From Eledone cirrhosa (Eukaryota): 64,000 nt of DNA. The stretch is from contig OZ024743.1 in the NCBI GenBank assembly GCA_964016885.1, forward strand, positions 105,772,001-105,836,000, in the 5' to 3' direction. Numbering within the stretch: the first letter of the stretch is position 1; each line of letters opens with the position of its first letter. The position numbers and the translations under genes are program-made. The notes below the pieces were generated by a model, which was not told where the DNA came from, searched no databases, and worked only from the letters and a program-made list of their open reading frames with translations. Shown piece after piece: positions 30,071 through 43,299 of this stretch.

Positions 30071-31668
30071 ATTAGAAAGTGAGGGTTTTTTTTACAAAAT
30101 GAAAAATAACCGAGGTGTCCTACACGAGTGAAAGTATAAAGAAAAAGAGATGAAATCGAAAATGCAACTGGAGTCTTATTTAAAAAAAATATATATATAT
30201 ATTTATTTGGTTCCTTTACCGGTTTCGCAGTTCTTCTGCTTTTCAAAAGGTGAGTTGAGATGGAGGGTCTGTGGTTTTTCTCACATCTATATATATATAC
30301 ATATATATAGAGCAAGAGATAGATAGATATAGATATAATAACTGTTATGTCTGTATATGTATTTATGTATATTATGAGTGTGCATGTATATGTATTCATG
30401 TATATCACACTGATATATGTATTCATGTATATATCACACTTCGACATCTCCCGAATCTCACACCATTTCTCAAAGAATTATGCAAAGAGAGTTTGCATAG
30501 AATCCAAAAGATATTTTGTTATTCCATTCTCTTTATCAATATCGTTTGTGGATATTAAAGATTTCTAGTGTTAAAACTTCCATCATTTATATCATCTGGA
30601 CATATATTATAGATAAACGTGTGTACACATATTTGTATGCATTTTAATATACATTTGTTTCGTATTTATTCTTTTTTATCGATGATAACTGATGCCGGGC
30701 GTACCGAAAAAGAATCGCATACATAAAAATAATAATTTTCTGTGAAATCAGCGCATAAACATTTATATAGAGAATGTTAGTTTGGTGTCACTATCTCTGA
30801 TAATGTTACAGTGTGTGGTCCGTACCCTCGAAACAGGCGTAATGATGCAACAATGTATAAAGATAAACCAACGTCGCACTATGTTGAAAACCAGTTGGCT
30901 GTGGAGAGAGATGGAATAAACATAGAACGGAACAGAAAAAAGTGCTGGAAACAAGGAAATAATAAAGAAATATAAACAGATCTAGAGAAACAAAAATATA
31001 TCTGAGAAGTGAGTTTAAAGATCTGTGCAATTGCATGTTACAAGAATAGATTTAAATAAGAGAAAATATAATAAAGATAATTTAAAATATAAGAAAAGGG
31101 AAAATCATGAACTTACGATACAGTAAGATCGAATGAAAACTAAAAACGAAAATGAATATATAAAGAAAATAAAGAAAAAAATGGAATTTTTCGAAGAAAA
31201 GCAAATATCACACAATAAATTGTTGATCTGAGTTCATGCATATATTAACAATACTAATAATATTTGTACATTGATTTCCTGTTGCTTTTTATCCTAAGTT
31301 TTTTTTACATATATTTGTTTATTAGACATATTAAAAAAAAAATTCCGTCACGGTAATACAGTTGTTTTAGGGAATATGGTAAGATAGCAACACGCACACA
31401 CATATATACCTATACAGATCCACACACGTCATATTCGTTTGCACACACACACACTTACATTCACACATACACACATCTATGGATACACAGATAGAGACAC
31501 ACCGACCACTACATACATACAGAGATTCAGACGTCACTTACACACAAGCAACAATTACTATGCAGGTGGTAAATTTGATTCGCATTTGCTTGGCTTTCAG
31601 TTCGATGTATGTCTCTAAGCACTTCAGCAAACGTTTTTCAGTATAATATTGTATATATACTACCAGAA

Positions 31669-31719
<51 letters not shown>

Positions 31720-31720
<1 letters not shown>

Positions 31721-31875
31721 CGACGGCTGAGCTCCGGCCGTTTCTACAGCTTGATCTGAACAGTACGGAGCTCAGCTATCTGGGTCCTGATCCTTTTCCA
31801 GTTACCCACCACTCTACTACCCTAAGTATTGAGTACTCTGGTGCGTTATGGTCCACCTGGTATCTTACCACACCT
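31720..31875 (+). repeat. PLE 3'-terminal module, diverged solo copy
   Basis: ccactctactaccctaagtattgagtactctggtgcgttatggtccacctggtatcttaccac between TA/TG tracts. Confidence 0.75.
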
Positions 31876-31884
31876 TTGTTATAC

Positions 31885-31977
<93 letters not shown>

Positions 31978-33381
31978 TGCGCGTGTGTGAGTATGTATGT
32001 GTGCGTGTATGCGTGTGTGTGTGTATGTATATATATATATATTAGCGAGAGGGTCGTAGGAATTGAATGAAAATATATAGAGTATTAGAAAATCATCAGT
32101 GTTAGGATATTGATAACGTTTTTTTATTTTTTATCTGCTTGTTACCTTGAGCAAGTGACAATTAATATCATCTCCGACCTGGCTACGAGGTGTAAATGAA
32201 ATGAGGCACAGAAAAATTGTTTCGCTGACCGTTGGCTTGACTAGATCTATATTTGAAATGACAATACGTGTTACTCACAGTGTTCCGCTGAATTTGCTAA
32301 AAATTAATTTAAAGATATACGTCTCTTGGTAGTACTTAGCCATTTGCGCAATCATTTAAGGAGCAGGTTTTTCCATTAGACGCTCATCCTCGAAGCTGAC
32401 ATCGAGTAAGTCTCATAACTGGAAATACCAGGATATTTCTTTCAATTTGTGTACGAATAACTAATTATAAGTGATTGTTTCCAATAATTGTGGGCAATAC
32501 ATAACTGCCGATTAGGTACTCACTTACCATCAGGATTCGTGTTCTCATTTTATTTGGTAAATGATGCCTGCGTGCGCACATATATGTAAATGAATATTTA
32601 ACTAATGGTATTCAATTCATCTCACAATAAACTTACAAACCTACATAATGTCGCCGAAACTTTACAGTTGGATTCAAATTTACATAAGTTGTATGGATAT
32701 CCAGTAATAAATTTGGCTATTTTTCAGGCTGCATGTGTTGCTTTATAATCGCATTGCAATTCTGATCAAGAACACTTTTGATCAAAACATTCGCAGCTGG
32801 ACAATAAGATTTTCCGATATATCTGGGTCGATTTTACTCAAATAAATACTAACCCTAACCTTAACCCCATACTCTAACCCTAACCATCATTTACTATGGT
32901 AAACTGATATTTAGGGTAGTCATCTGCTATTTCTAACAGAATGAGTGTCCGTATAGATGTTCCTTCATTAGATGCAATTGATTCCATGTTATCTTATCAA
33001 TTTTGTTATAATTTCCTAAATATAACAAAAAAGATAAAAACGATGAAAGATTGGATTAAAGATTTATAACTTTTGTAGTTGTTGATCTTTCTAGAGCTTC
33101 GCCCAAAAAGCATCATTTTCTATTCAGTACAGGAAGGACATGTCGGACAATGCATTCAGAGATACCTTTCGTCAAAATTGTTTTGGGAGAAACGAAAGTA
33201 AAATTCAGAACCTTAAGTTTTAATTAATATTTTATTCAGTTATGTTGCTTGCTTTGCAAAGCCACATCCTGTTGGATTGGGAATCATCTTATTGGACATT
33301 AGGCAATTGTTTTGACCAATGATGTGATCAATGAGGATCTAAGAATGATTGTTGTATAACACCCAGAAAACCATTTATACT

Positions 33382-33418
<37 letters not shown>

Positions 33419-33552
33419 TAACAGATTAAAGTGAAAGCAAAGAATCGCTGCTTTCACCCTTAACGAGATCTTCTGAAACTCATATATATATTTGATATAT
33501 ATTTATCCTTATCGAGCCCTCTTTGGATTTTAGTCTTCATAATTATTATTAT

Positions 33553-33627
<75 letters not shown>

Positions 33628-33628
<1 letters not shown>

Positions 33629-35105
33629 GTAGTACACTGAAATGTAATATCCGTAGTGGTAAAGCACTCAGTCCATGGGACGAGTTAAATAGAAGTGGTA
33701 ACACCGCAGTTAGTTCACCATACAGAGAACAATTTTTTCACCTTAGCGGATCTTCAGCTCGGACTGGTCATGGTTATACGGAATAGGAAGAACAACCGTA
33801 TGAACGCACATGCGAAGATACGTTCCCTTCACTGAAGCGGTAGAAACCCACGGGCGAAAGGTGTGAGGGAGATAACTGCGAAAGTCCGAAAAGTAGTTCG
33901 AGTTGATACGAAAGGTAGAATGTTTTTGTTATTCAATCCGGAGCTTTGTAGTTATGTAAGAGTTGTTTCCAGACATGTTAACAACGTGTGAATATTTCAT
34001 TCCTTGAATTTAGGCAATCGCTATTGCGTAATCTCCTTAGAATATGTATCTGTTCATCAATACACATTCCACAAGACGCATTGCCCCCCTACGTATGGCT
34101 TGGACTTAGTGATGGCTTTCCATTGAATGGAGTAGTCTATACTTGAGTCCTGGAGGGACCATACGTGGCTCACGAGTTTCGTGGATGATCGTTTGTCCGG
34201 GTATCGAGGGTCGACTGATGGTTCAGGAAGCGTTCCTTAAATCGGCTCTCCGCCATACCCACATAGGATTTGACCTGTGGTTGATTTGTTCAGTTGGAAG
34301 TGACCACAGCTTCATAAACTACAGCAGATGTGTTGCATTGCTGTTGAAAGGGACAAGCAAGAGCACTCTGGTGGGGTGCTACTCTTGGGGCAGTTGGTGA
34401 TGTCGGCCTTAATATTCTTAGTCCAGGAATACCCTAGATTTACTCTGTGTCTGTTAAAAATGGAGCGGTATTTGTGACCTATGGGAAAGAGTCTATCTAA
34501 GAGAGCTAAAACATGTTTTCCTACATTAATTTTAACGTTGAGTGAGAAGGGAGGAGAGAACCAGATAGTTTGTCTATTGTTGCGATTTCTTTTGTTATTG
34601 TTGTTATTGTTAATGGGTGAGTAAGTAATAGGTTGCGAGAAGCCGCTTCTAGCTAACGCTGTGTTATTGTAGGGTGCCGCTCTGTCAAAGAAGGCCTTAT
34701 TAGAGGAGAAGTTAGCGATTCTAGTTCTGATTTATTTACGAATTTTCTAAAAACACTAGGAGGGTGGCATGAGTGCTTGTGAATGTAATTAAGTTTTTCC
34801 TTAAGCTTATGGAATGGTCTGAAGGTATGTGTGCGAAGTTCTAAGAAATCTACGCTAGAGAGGTTGGTAGCTTCTGTTATCCTAAGTCCAAACTCATTAA
34901 AGGTAGAAGTTAAGCTTTTTTAAAAACCCGTTCAGGTCGTGACACCTTTTATGGCTCGATAAGGTCAGGCCATCGTCGCGGTATATTCCCGTTTGGAAGT
35001 CCGGGAATCTAACACGTAATATGTCTAAAATAATTAGGCCAACCAAGTCGCATACGTCAGCACTGCCAAACGATCCCATGGAGATGTCGAATAGTTTGGT
35101 ATGGT
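33628..35105 (-). mobile_element. Decayed Naiad-like PLE (RT C-half, GIY-YIG, 3' UTR)
   Basis: ISMGSFGSADVCDLVGL, GIYRDDGL, YIHKHSCHPP, IWFSPPFSLNV, VVYEAVV..SYVGMAESRFKERF; degenerate CTGAAGA...GAAA motif at about 33730-33760. Confidence 0.85.
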
Positions 35106-35164
35106 GAACTAACTGTTGTGTTACAAATTCTCTCTCGCCCCCCTCTCTCTCTCTCTCTCTCTCA

Positions 35165-35224
<60 letters not shown>

Positions 35225-35227
<3 letters not shown>

Positions 35228-36080
35228 TTAGAAAAAGGAAGTAAGGATTCTAAGTACCTCGTATTCACATGAAATCACCCAAAACATACAAAACTTAACA
35301 TCCCTTTCAATTTAGCCAAACGTATATGCATCATAGTATCAGACCCAGCTAAACAGTACCAAAGACTAAATGAATTCAAAAACACACTTACTTAAGAGCC
35401 ATCCCACTTAACATAATTAATCACGACAATAGATAAAGCAAAACACTCAAATGTTCATCAACCCAAACACCCAAAGCACAGCCCCAAAAACAATACCTTA
35501 CCATATGTATTCACGTTCAGCACCAGAAACACCGAAATATTCGACCTCTTACACGAAAACTTATCCCATTCGATTTAAAGACGAAAAAATGAAACAAATA
35601 CTAGAAACACACAAGATCATCAAAAGCAAAAGGCAACCAAAGTCACTAAAAAAACATCCTCACAGGAACAAAGACACACACACCTATCTTCAATCTTACG
35701 GTAACAAAATGTGGAAGAACAAACTGTGGAACATGCCTATACTAAGGGCAAACATTCACGTTTAAAGATGACCAAACTTTCACAGTGAAAAACAATTTCG
35801 CTTGCAACTCGGAGAACCTAATCTATGTAATCCCATGTGGAGGTTATCAAAACAACTATATAGGACTGACGAAGGTGTCATTACGCAAAAGAATGACCAT
35901 CCATCGCCAATAAATCCTAGACCTAAACACAAAGAAAATCCGCTTAATTAGCCACATTGCAGATTGTGCTGGAATTACTCTACCCAACTTTAAAATACTC
36001 CAATTCTTTCACTCAACGACAAAGAATAAATAAGGAAAAACTATTTATTAACAAATTTACACCAAAACTAAATATGTAAT
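35225..36080 (+). mobile_element. Decayed Poseidon/Neptune-type PLE (thumb plus GIY-YIG)
   Basis: NHPKHTKLNIPFNLAKRICIIVSD, CGRTNCGTC, NLIYVIPCGG..NYIGLTKVSLRKRMTIH, FINKFTPKLN. Confidence 0.85.
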
Positions 36081-36133
36081 CTCCCCCTTAGTTCCCCTCC
36101 CGATACACTGCAGTGTGTGCGTGTGTATATATG

Positions 36134-36174
<41 letters not shown>

Positions 36175-37241
36175 ATACGCCACAAAATAAGAACAAAAAT
36201 TGCCCATTGCAGAAGCTACTGCCACTGATACTCTGGTCTTCTTCAAAGAAATATTTTTTTGAGAAAAAGACAAAAAAATTTTTTCTAATGTTTAAAGTTT
36301 TGGATTCTGAGAATTTTCTGAATTTTGTGGAAAAAATGTTATTTAATTCCCTCTGTGTATTTCTTTATTTCTTTATTTATTTCTTTATTTATTTATTCAT
36401 TTATTCATTTATATATACACGCACTGTGTCTCGTTTTGAAAAGATTTTTAAAGATCTTTTAAGACGTTTTAATTTTTTAAAGAATGATTTTTTAAATAAA
36501 AAAATGTTAAATGTTTCTTTTGAAAAGTATTTTTTGAAGTTTTTTGGAAGAGATCTCTTAACTTTCTTAACTTCTTTAATTTTTTAATTTTTCGATTCTG
36601 GGAATCTTTTGGATTTTAGCTCTTAACTTTTGACAATTTTCTGAATTTTGGAGAAAAAAGAATTTTTCCTTAGTTCCCCTCCACAAAAGCAACTTTAACA
36701 GACAGGCTGAAAAAAGACACAAAAACACACACAAGAACCCCACACATACATACGTATTTATGCATGTATATAAGCACACACTCACATGTGTGTACTGTTG
36801 TATATACACCCTCACACTCTCTCTCTATACATATGTGTATATATATATATGTGCGTGTGTGTGTGTATGTATGTACAAATACCAGCCTACTACATAATTC
36901 AGCTCTTCCCTATCCCCTTTTGAACTATTGACTACTAGATTAAACAATACATTCACAGCATATGTTTCAATCAACTTCCTCCCTTACAAAAAAACAACTA
37001 ATGTTCTCATTTCCAACGAACCTTTCAACATTAGATTTTGATTTTGATTTTAATTTTGAACCTTTCTTCTTTTTTTACTCCTATCAACTTTTTTTAATTT
37101 TTAGACTACATTTGACAAGATGGATTTTAATACATCGAAACTGGTAATTTTTTCATATATACTTTATATACTTCATAATCAAATTTAAAAAAAAAGAATT
37201 GTCCTTCTCTTTTTTTAAAATAACATTATCTTTTCAATAAT

Positions 37242-37389
37242 TGTTTCTACTTTTGGCACAAGGCCAGCAATTACCCAGTGCATTACTGGTACTTTATTTT
37301 ATCGACCCCGTAAGGATGAAAGGCAAAGTGAACCTCGGCGGGATTTGAACTCAGATCGTAAAGGGAGGTAACTATGCTGGAAAGCATAG
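37242..37389 (-). mobile_element. 5'-truncated tRNA-SINE with perfect 16-bp TSD
   Basis: ttatcttttcaataat at 37226..37241 and 37390..37405. Confidence 0.9.
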
Positions 37390-37478
37390 TTATCTTTTCA
37401 ATAATGTCACTTTGACGAATCAAAGAAGAAAACCAGACCCTTAAATATATCTCCCGTGTTATTTTCAACTTCATCTTT

Positions 37479-37538
<60 letters not shown>

Positions 37539-38125
37539 ACTCTCTAAATATATATATAAAACGGCGATGAATTAGTTTTGCGTGGTTTTCGATATCAAAA
37601 ACCCCGCAAAACTAATTCGTTGCCGTTATGGCATTACCTTGTGCCAAGCTGAAAGGTTATTGAAAGACAGTGTTTTCTGTTATATAAAAAACTACAAGAA
37701 GTAAATAAGCAGACTAAATAAAGATGGCGTAGGCATACAATACAACAAGAGGAAACATAATAGCACCACTGACGCTGTTGCAGATGTGCAACGAAAGAAC
37801 TTTGTTAGACTATATATGTGTTTGTGTCTATATTATATATGTATTTTTGACCATTGGTCAGTCAATGGTAACATTGAGGACCGAATAAATTAAATTAACC
37901 GATATAAAAGACATAAAAGCGAAAACCAACCAAACAGTGAATGTGTTCTGTTATTAATTCTGGCAATATTATTACACAAATATGACCCTCCCCAAGTATA
38001 ACAATATATGTATATATATATATATATAATAAATAGAAAATATCTTTATAAAATCATATTTATAATATTAGAAGTATTTCATGGGTACTAATATTTAAGT
38101 ACGCTTTCGTCAGATAAAATATAAT

Positions 38126-38311
38126 TGTTTCTACTTTAGGCACAAGGCCAGCAATTACCCAGTGTATTACTCGTACTTTATGTTATCGACCCCGTAAGGA
38201 TGAAAGGCAAAGTCAACCTCGGCGGGATTTGAACTCAGATCGTAAAGGGACGTAACTATGCTGGAAATCATGGCAACCGACCCTCTACCGATACTGCCAA
38301 TCCACCGCCCT
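38126..38311 (-). mobile_element. Full-length tRNA-SINE with 16-bp TSD
   Basis: GGGCGGTGGATTGGCAGTATCGG...GAGTTCAAATCC; tcagataa(a/t)atataat at 38110..38125 and 38312..38327. Confidence 0.9.
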
Positions 38312-39299
38312 TCAGATAATATATAATAGTTGACATATCTTCATGTGAACTTAATGTTATAAGCCCAATGAAGATAGTGATTGAAAAATTCAAAACTCAA
38401 GGGATATATATTAATGAGGATACATTAAACCTGAAAACAGCCGTTAAATTTAGACGCTTGATAAATTTAAAAATCCTTATTTATATATATTTTAGAGATA
38501 GGTATAGATATATACACCCAAAGATATATACACGAGTTTAGAAGGAATTACATACTTTTACTTATTTATTTTTTAATATATATTTTAAGAATATGGATGT
38601 ATTTATAATATCTAGATACGAATTATAATGTATTGTAGTAAATTATTCTATAAAACAATTGCAACAATATAATATTTATGTGGTTATGTAATTGAACATA
38701 TTTTAATACTATGAATGTAATTATAAGTATAACGTTAATTAAAATAATAAATAATTATTTAGTATATAAATGATTATGCGTGAATATACATTGTATTTAA
38801 GTATATATATGCATAGATTTATAATTGAGTGTAAGAGAGATCAAGTAACTATAGATATGTATTTTATACATATATTTTAAGAATGTGAAACTAATTATAT
38901 TTTTTAAGTAAAATTGTACAGTATTGTGGTATAATCTATTGAATGTGGTTAGTAATATAATATTTAAACAGTTATGCAAGTTTAAATATATCGTATATAT
39001 GAATTTTGATTGTAAACAAACATCCTTTTTTCATTTTCTTGGTGGTGGGGTGGTGTAACTCTAAGAATTAGTATTTTAAGGAATATGTTAAATGTATACT
39101 TACGATAAACATTTAATAATATATTGTTTAATCTAATGTTTACCATAATTATTAATTATGATTTATATTATAAGTAAATAATCTATATAAGATTTCAGAG
39201 CACCATATAGTAAATATGGTTTTCATAATAGTTTTTAGGTAATTGTATTTATATGTAAATAGGTAAATTATATATACCAAAATATAGTAGGTTCTATAA

Positions 39300-41015
39300 A
39301 TGTTAAACATTGTGAAATCTCCTGGAGAAACGATGCAAACAAGAATTAAATATTTTCTTTTTTTGTTAATAATATTATCAGGATTGGTAATTATATGAAA
39401 GATTTCTTCAATACAAAGATTACAAATTCGTGAGAGTGCCGAGTGTTGGTACACCAGCGCATTCAAAATTTTTCTCAAAGACATTGAATAGTCAGTGTTA
39501 TTCTCTTTTAAAGACCAAATTAGTTGTGATAGTGAGGTTGAGAATTTTTTATCCGATCGTTTAAAAATATGTTTATGATTATACCAACGGTCCTTAAACT
39601 TTGAAGTTGTTCCTATATAGTTATACAGATTATCCCTAGTTTTTATGGTACATTTGTATACTAAATTTCTATCTAGGCAATTATTTTGTAGTGGGCATAA
39701 GATGTTGCTGCAATTACATTTTATTATATTGTTATTTGAAGATAGCGTGTTATATTCTTGTATTCGCTATTATTCCTAATGTCATTGTTATTACTACTTG
39801 GGTTTACTTCAGTTAATTTTAATTTTAAATTCCTATTATTAATTTTTGCTATATTCTGGACTACATTCATAGTTGTAGATTAAAAGAGATTGACTCTATG
39901 TCTGTTAAAATGGAGTGATACTTGTGGGACTTAGTAGGAAAACATTTTTCTAGAGCTTTAAATAATTGGTGTGATAAAGATGTCTTAATTCCTAGTGATA
40001 TTGGAGGTGAATACCAAATTATATTTCTAGTTCTGGTTTTTCTATTTGATTTATTATTTTGGTTAAGTTGTTTAAATTCATTATTATTATAATATACTTT
40101 AGGAGATTGGTTTGTACTATTCCGATATATGTAATTAATTTTATTAGTGTATCTTCCTCTGTGTAGAGCGTCATTGTAATATTCTGCTTTGTTAGCAAAT
40201 ATATTTTTTATTAGCTGAGAGTCTAGATATTCTTTGCTGGACACTATTTACTATAGCTTTTTTAACGTTTCTAGGGTGGTTTGAGTAGAAGCTGACATAA
40301 TTTAGGTTTTCATTTATCTTATGGAATAGGTAATATAGGCCGTAGTTAAGGTTTAGTGTAACATCTAAAAAATTAACAATTTTATTATAGTTTTCTATTT
40401 CTAACTTACGGTCATAATTATTGAAGCATTCTATAATAATTTTCTTTTTTTCTGTTAAGTTCACTATTTTTATGTTTATCTACTCTAAATAATGTATCAT
40501 TACGATATAAAACTCCGGCAATTTCCGGCAATTTCCTATGTAAGGCGTTAAGAATGAAGATGCCAAAGAGGTATGTAACTTGAGTTGAGTCCGAAGAACC
40601 CATCTTAATATAAAAATTCTTCGGTCTATCAGCTCTAGTCCAGAGATCGTTATTCAATTGAATAAGGGTTTTTCGTGCAGTTAATATCATGTTTATTTTT
40701 CGCTAGATAAGTCACTCTGCTTGGATTCGTATATTAGTACTTTATTAAGTAAATTAGGAGTTATTGAAGAATAATAATTAGCTATATCCGTTTGTATAAA
40801 TTTAGTATTATTTTTAGATTTAATGTTTAGAAACCAATCTATTCCTTCATTTGTACAGTTCCAAAGCTTGAAATATGATTTTTGTTTGAGTATTGGTATA
40901 ATTCTGTCAAGTATAATTTTACTAATAATTCCTAGATCGGATTTAGACGGTGCTATAAGCCTGACTGGTAGGTCTGCTTCAAAATTTCTTTTATGGTTTT
41001 TCCTATTTATCTTCG
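39300..41015 (-). mobile_element. Decayed Naiad-like PLE (RT plus GIY-YIG)
   Basis: VRLIAPSKSDLG, FIQTDIANYYSSI, MGSSD, YRND, NFLDVTLNL, SNHP, IIWYSPP, LVYKC...YIGTT, ICNLC across ORFs 40693..41022 down to 39152..39484. Confidence 0.9.
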
Positions 41016-41094
41016 TACACACACACAGATAGCGAAGTCAATGTTTTCATAATGTCGTAATGTAGGCAGCCAGACACACACATATATATTATAA

Positions 41095-41157
41095 GGGGCG
41101 TCACGTTATAGCTATGTATCTATCTAAAAAGACAGACTAAGAAAGCGAGGAAGAGAG

Positions 41158-41196
<39 letters not shown>

Positions 41197-41700
41197 GGCG
41201 GGGGGGGTGAGAGAGAAAGAGAGAGAGAGATCGCTAACCGGCGGATAATCCGTTCCCTAGGGAATTGAAAATGTGAAATATTGTTTGCTCAAAACACGTA
41301 CACGACCATAAGTATTACATGTGTAAAGTTTGAAAAAAATCGATTCGGTGGTTCACGAGTTTTAGGGAGACAAACAGACAGACATTCTCTGTTTTAGACT
41401 AGCAGAATGGCCCGGCGTTGCTCGGGATTCTAACCATAGATTGGCATGTTTATCCCTCCTTTCTGAAAGAGTACAGAGAAGTACGGAATACCTCAGTCTT
41501 GCGACCGTCGAATAGCAGATTCCACTGACGATTCGTTTGTCCGCCTTGTTCTTTTTCTTGCCGTCTTCGCATTATATCTGGCTGTCTCCATTACGAGATT
41601 ATAAAACATAAAACGCAGAAGTAAATATTTCGAAAAACGTTGTAACCGAAGCAAAACAGGAAGACGATATTTTGGTTCGTGAAGTCATTCCCTGGCAATG
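41095..41700 (+). mobile_element. Non-autonomous Helitron-like (DINE/Lep1-style) fragments, tail-to-head
   Basis: aagtttgaaaaaaatcg...acaaacagacagaca end directly followed at 41398 by actagcagaatggcccggcgttgctcggg; homologous to 47815-48235. Confidence 0.55.
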
Positions 41701-41810
41701 AACAAAAAAAAAAGCGAAGATAACACGTCAGCAAGGAGAACAATATTTGCTCTAGGGTTCTTATATACCTGATATATATTTATCCTTATCGAGCCCTCTT
41801 TGGTTGGACT

Positions 41811-42094
<284 letters not shown>

Positions 42095-42207
42095 ATTTTT
42101 AAGTATCGAGATAATAACAGCACATGCATGTAGGAGAAGAATGAACTCTGATGTTAGTTTAACAGTTAAAATCTCCCTGGGTCCTGTATTGATCATTTTT
42201 CGTTTTC

Positions 42208-42282
42208 CATGCCCTTGATAAGCTCATTCCGGGCGAAACGTTTTAACATATTCTAACGGTTTTAAACTCCTTGTATTTATTT

Positions 42283-42335
<53 letters not shown>

Positions 42336-42428
42336 AATTACATGAATCAAAGTTCTGTTCAAACCATTTATTAGCTTACAATTGTTTCGTCCAAACCGAG
42401 AAGGTTTGGATTCTTCGGAGCAATTTTT
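42208..42428. ncRNA. Two convergent hammerhead-like motifs (42208-42248 +, 42374-42425 -) either side of a TA/GA tract
   Basis: Plus: TTGATAA-GCTC-attcc-GGGC-GAAAC-GTT. Minus: GCT-CCGAAGA-ATCCAAACC-ttctc-GGTTTGGAC-GAAAC-AATT-GTA-AGC. Confidence 0.65.
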
Positions 42429-43187
42429 CAATCATTGTTTACATACATGACCTCCTTTCCAACACAAGAGACATCCAGAAACATATGTATATATCGATGC
42501 ACAGTGGGGTGACATCCATTATAATATCTTAGCATGGCAATTTACATTCAAAAATTAAAATCATATTAAAAGATAATTAACACAAAATTAAAGTTAAAAT
42601 ACAACATCGGCAGTTTACAAAGATAATGCAAGAGGATAGTTTGAAGTAGTTAGTGTATGCAATGGTTACACCTGGGGCATGCACGTGTGTCTTATTTATA
42701 TAAGATTAATGTGCGGCAAGGTGTTATATGCAATACAAGCATTTTAAGCGGGTAAACAAGAGTATTATGGGGGTTGTACTGGTAAAGTATTTTTTATGTA
42801 TGATAAAGAAGCTTGTGTGCAGAGAAATATTAAAAATGAGAAGCAAAATAATGTTCACAATCCATTTTCACAATCCATTTTCACAATCCAGGAAACATAA
42901 TATATAGATTATATGTCCTTCGCATAATTCACGATGATTCAGTATTGGAAGCTTGATGTATTAGGTAAGATTATTACAGCATGTTGTTCTTTAATCCAAT
43001 TTTATAGAGCAGGTTGTTTTTGTTGCGAGAATTTACATCGAATTTACAACTGATTTTATTGCATTGAGCTATTTATCTTACTGGTAATAAGGTAGTAATA
43101 AATTACTGTATTTCACTGTTTAGGGTTTAAAATATATATAACTATAACAAGTTTTAGTATATACATAATCATAAATAGTATCCTTAA

Positions 43188-43268
<81 letters not shown>

Positions 43269-43299
43269 AAAACAATGTAATTAAATAAAAAATCGTTAA

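Noticed and set aside
32849-32886. Telomere-like (CCCTAA)n
   Set aside because: Only a few degenerate units; common inside repeats.
32720-33305. Short AG/GT-bounded exon-like blocks
   Set aside because: One implied intron is only about 42 nt and the peptides match nothing I recognise.
36200-37200. 156-aa F/K/L-rich ORF between 13-bp direct repeats
   Set aside because: Homopolymer-rich low-complexity sequence, possibly poorly polished assembly.
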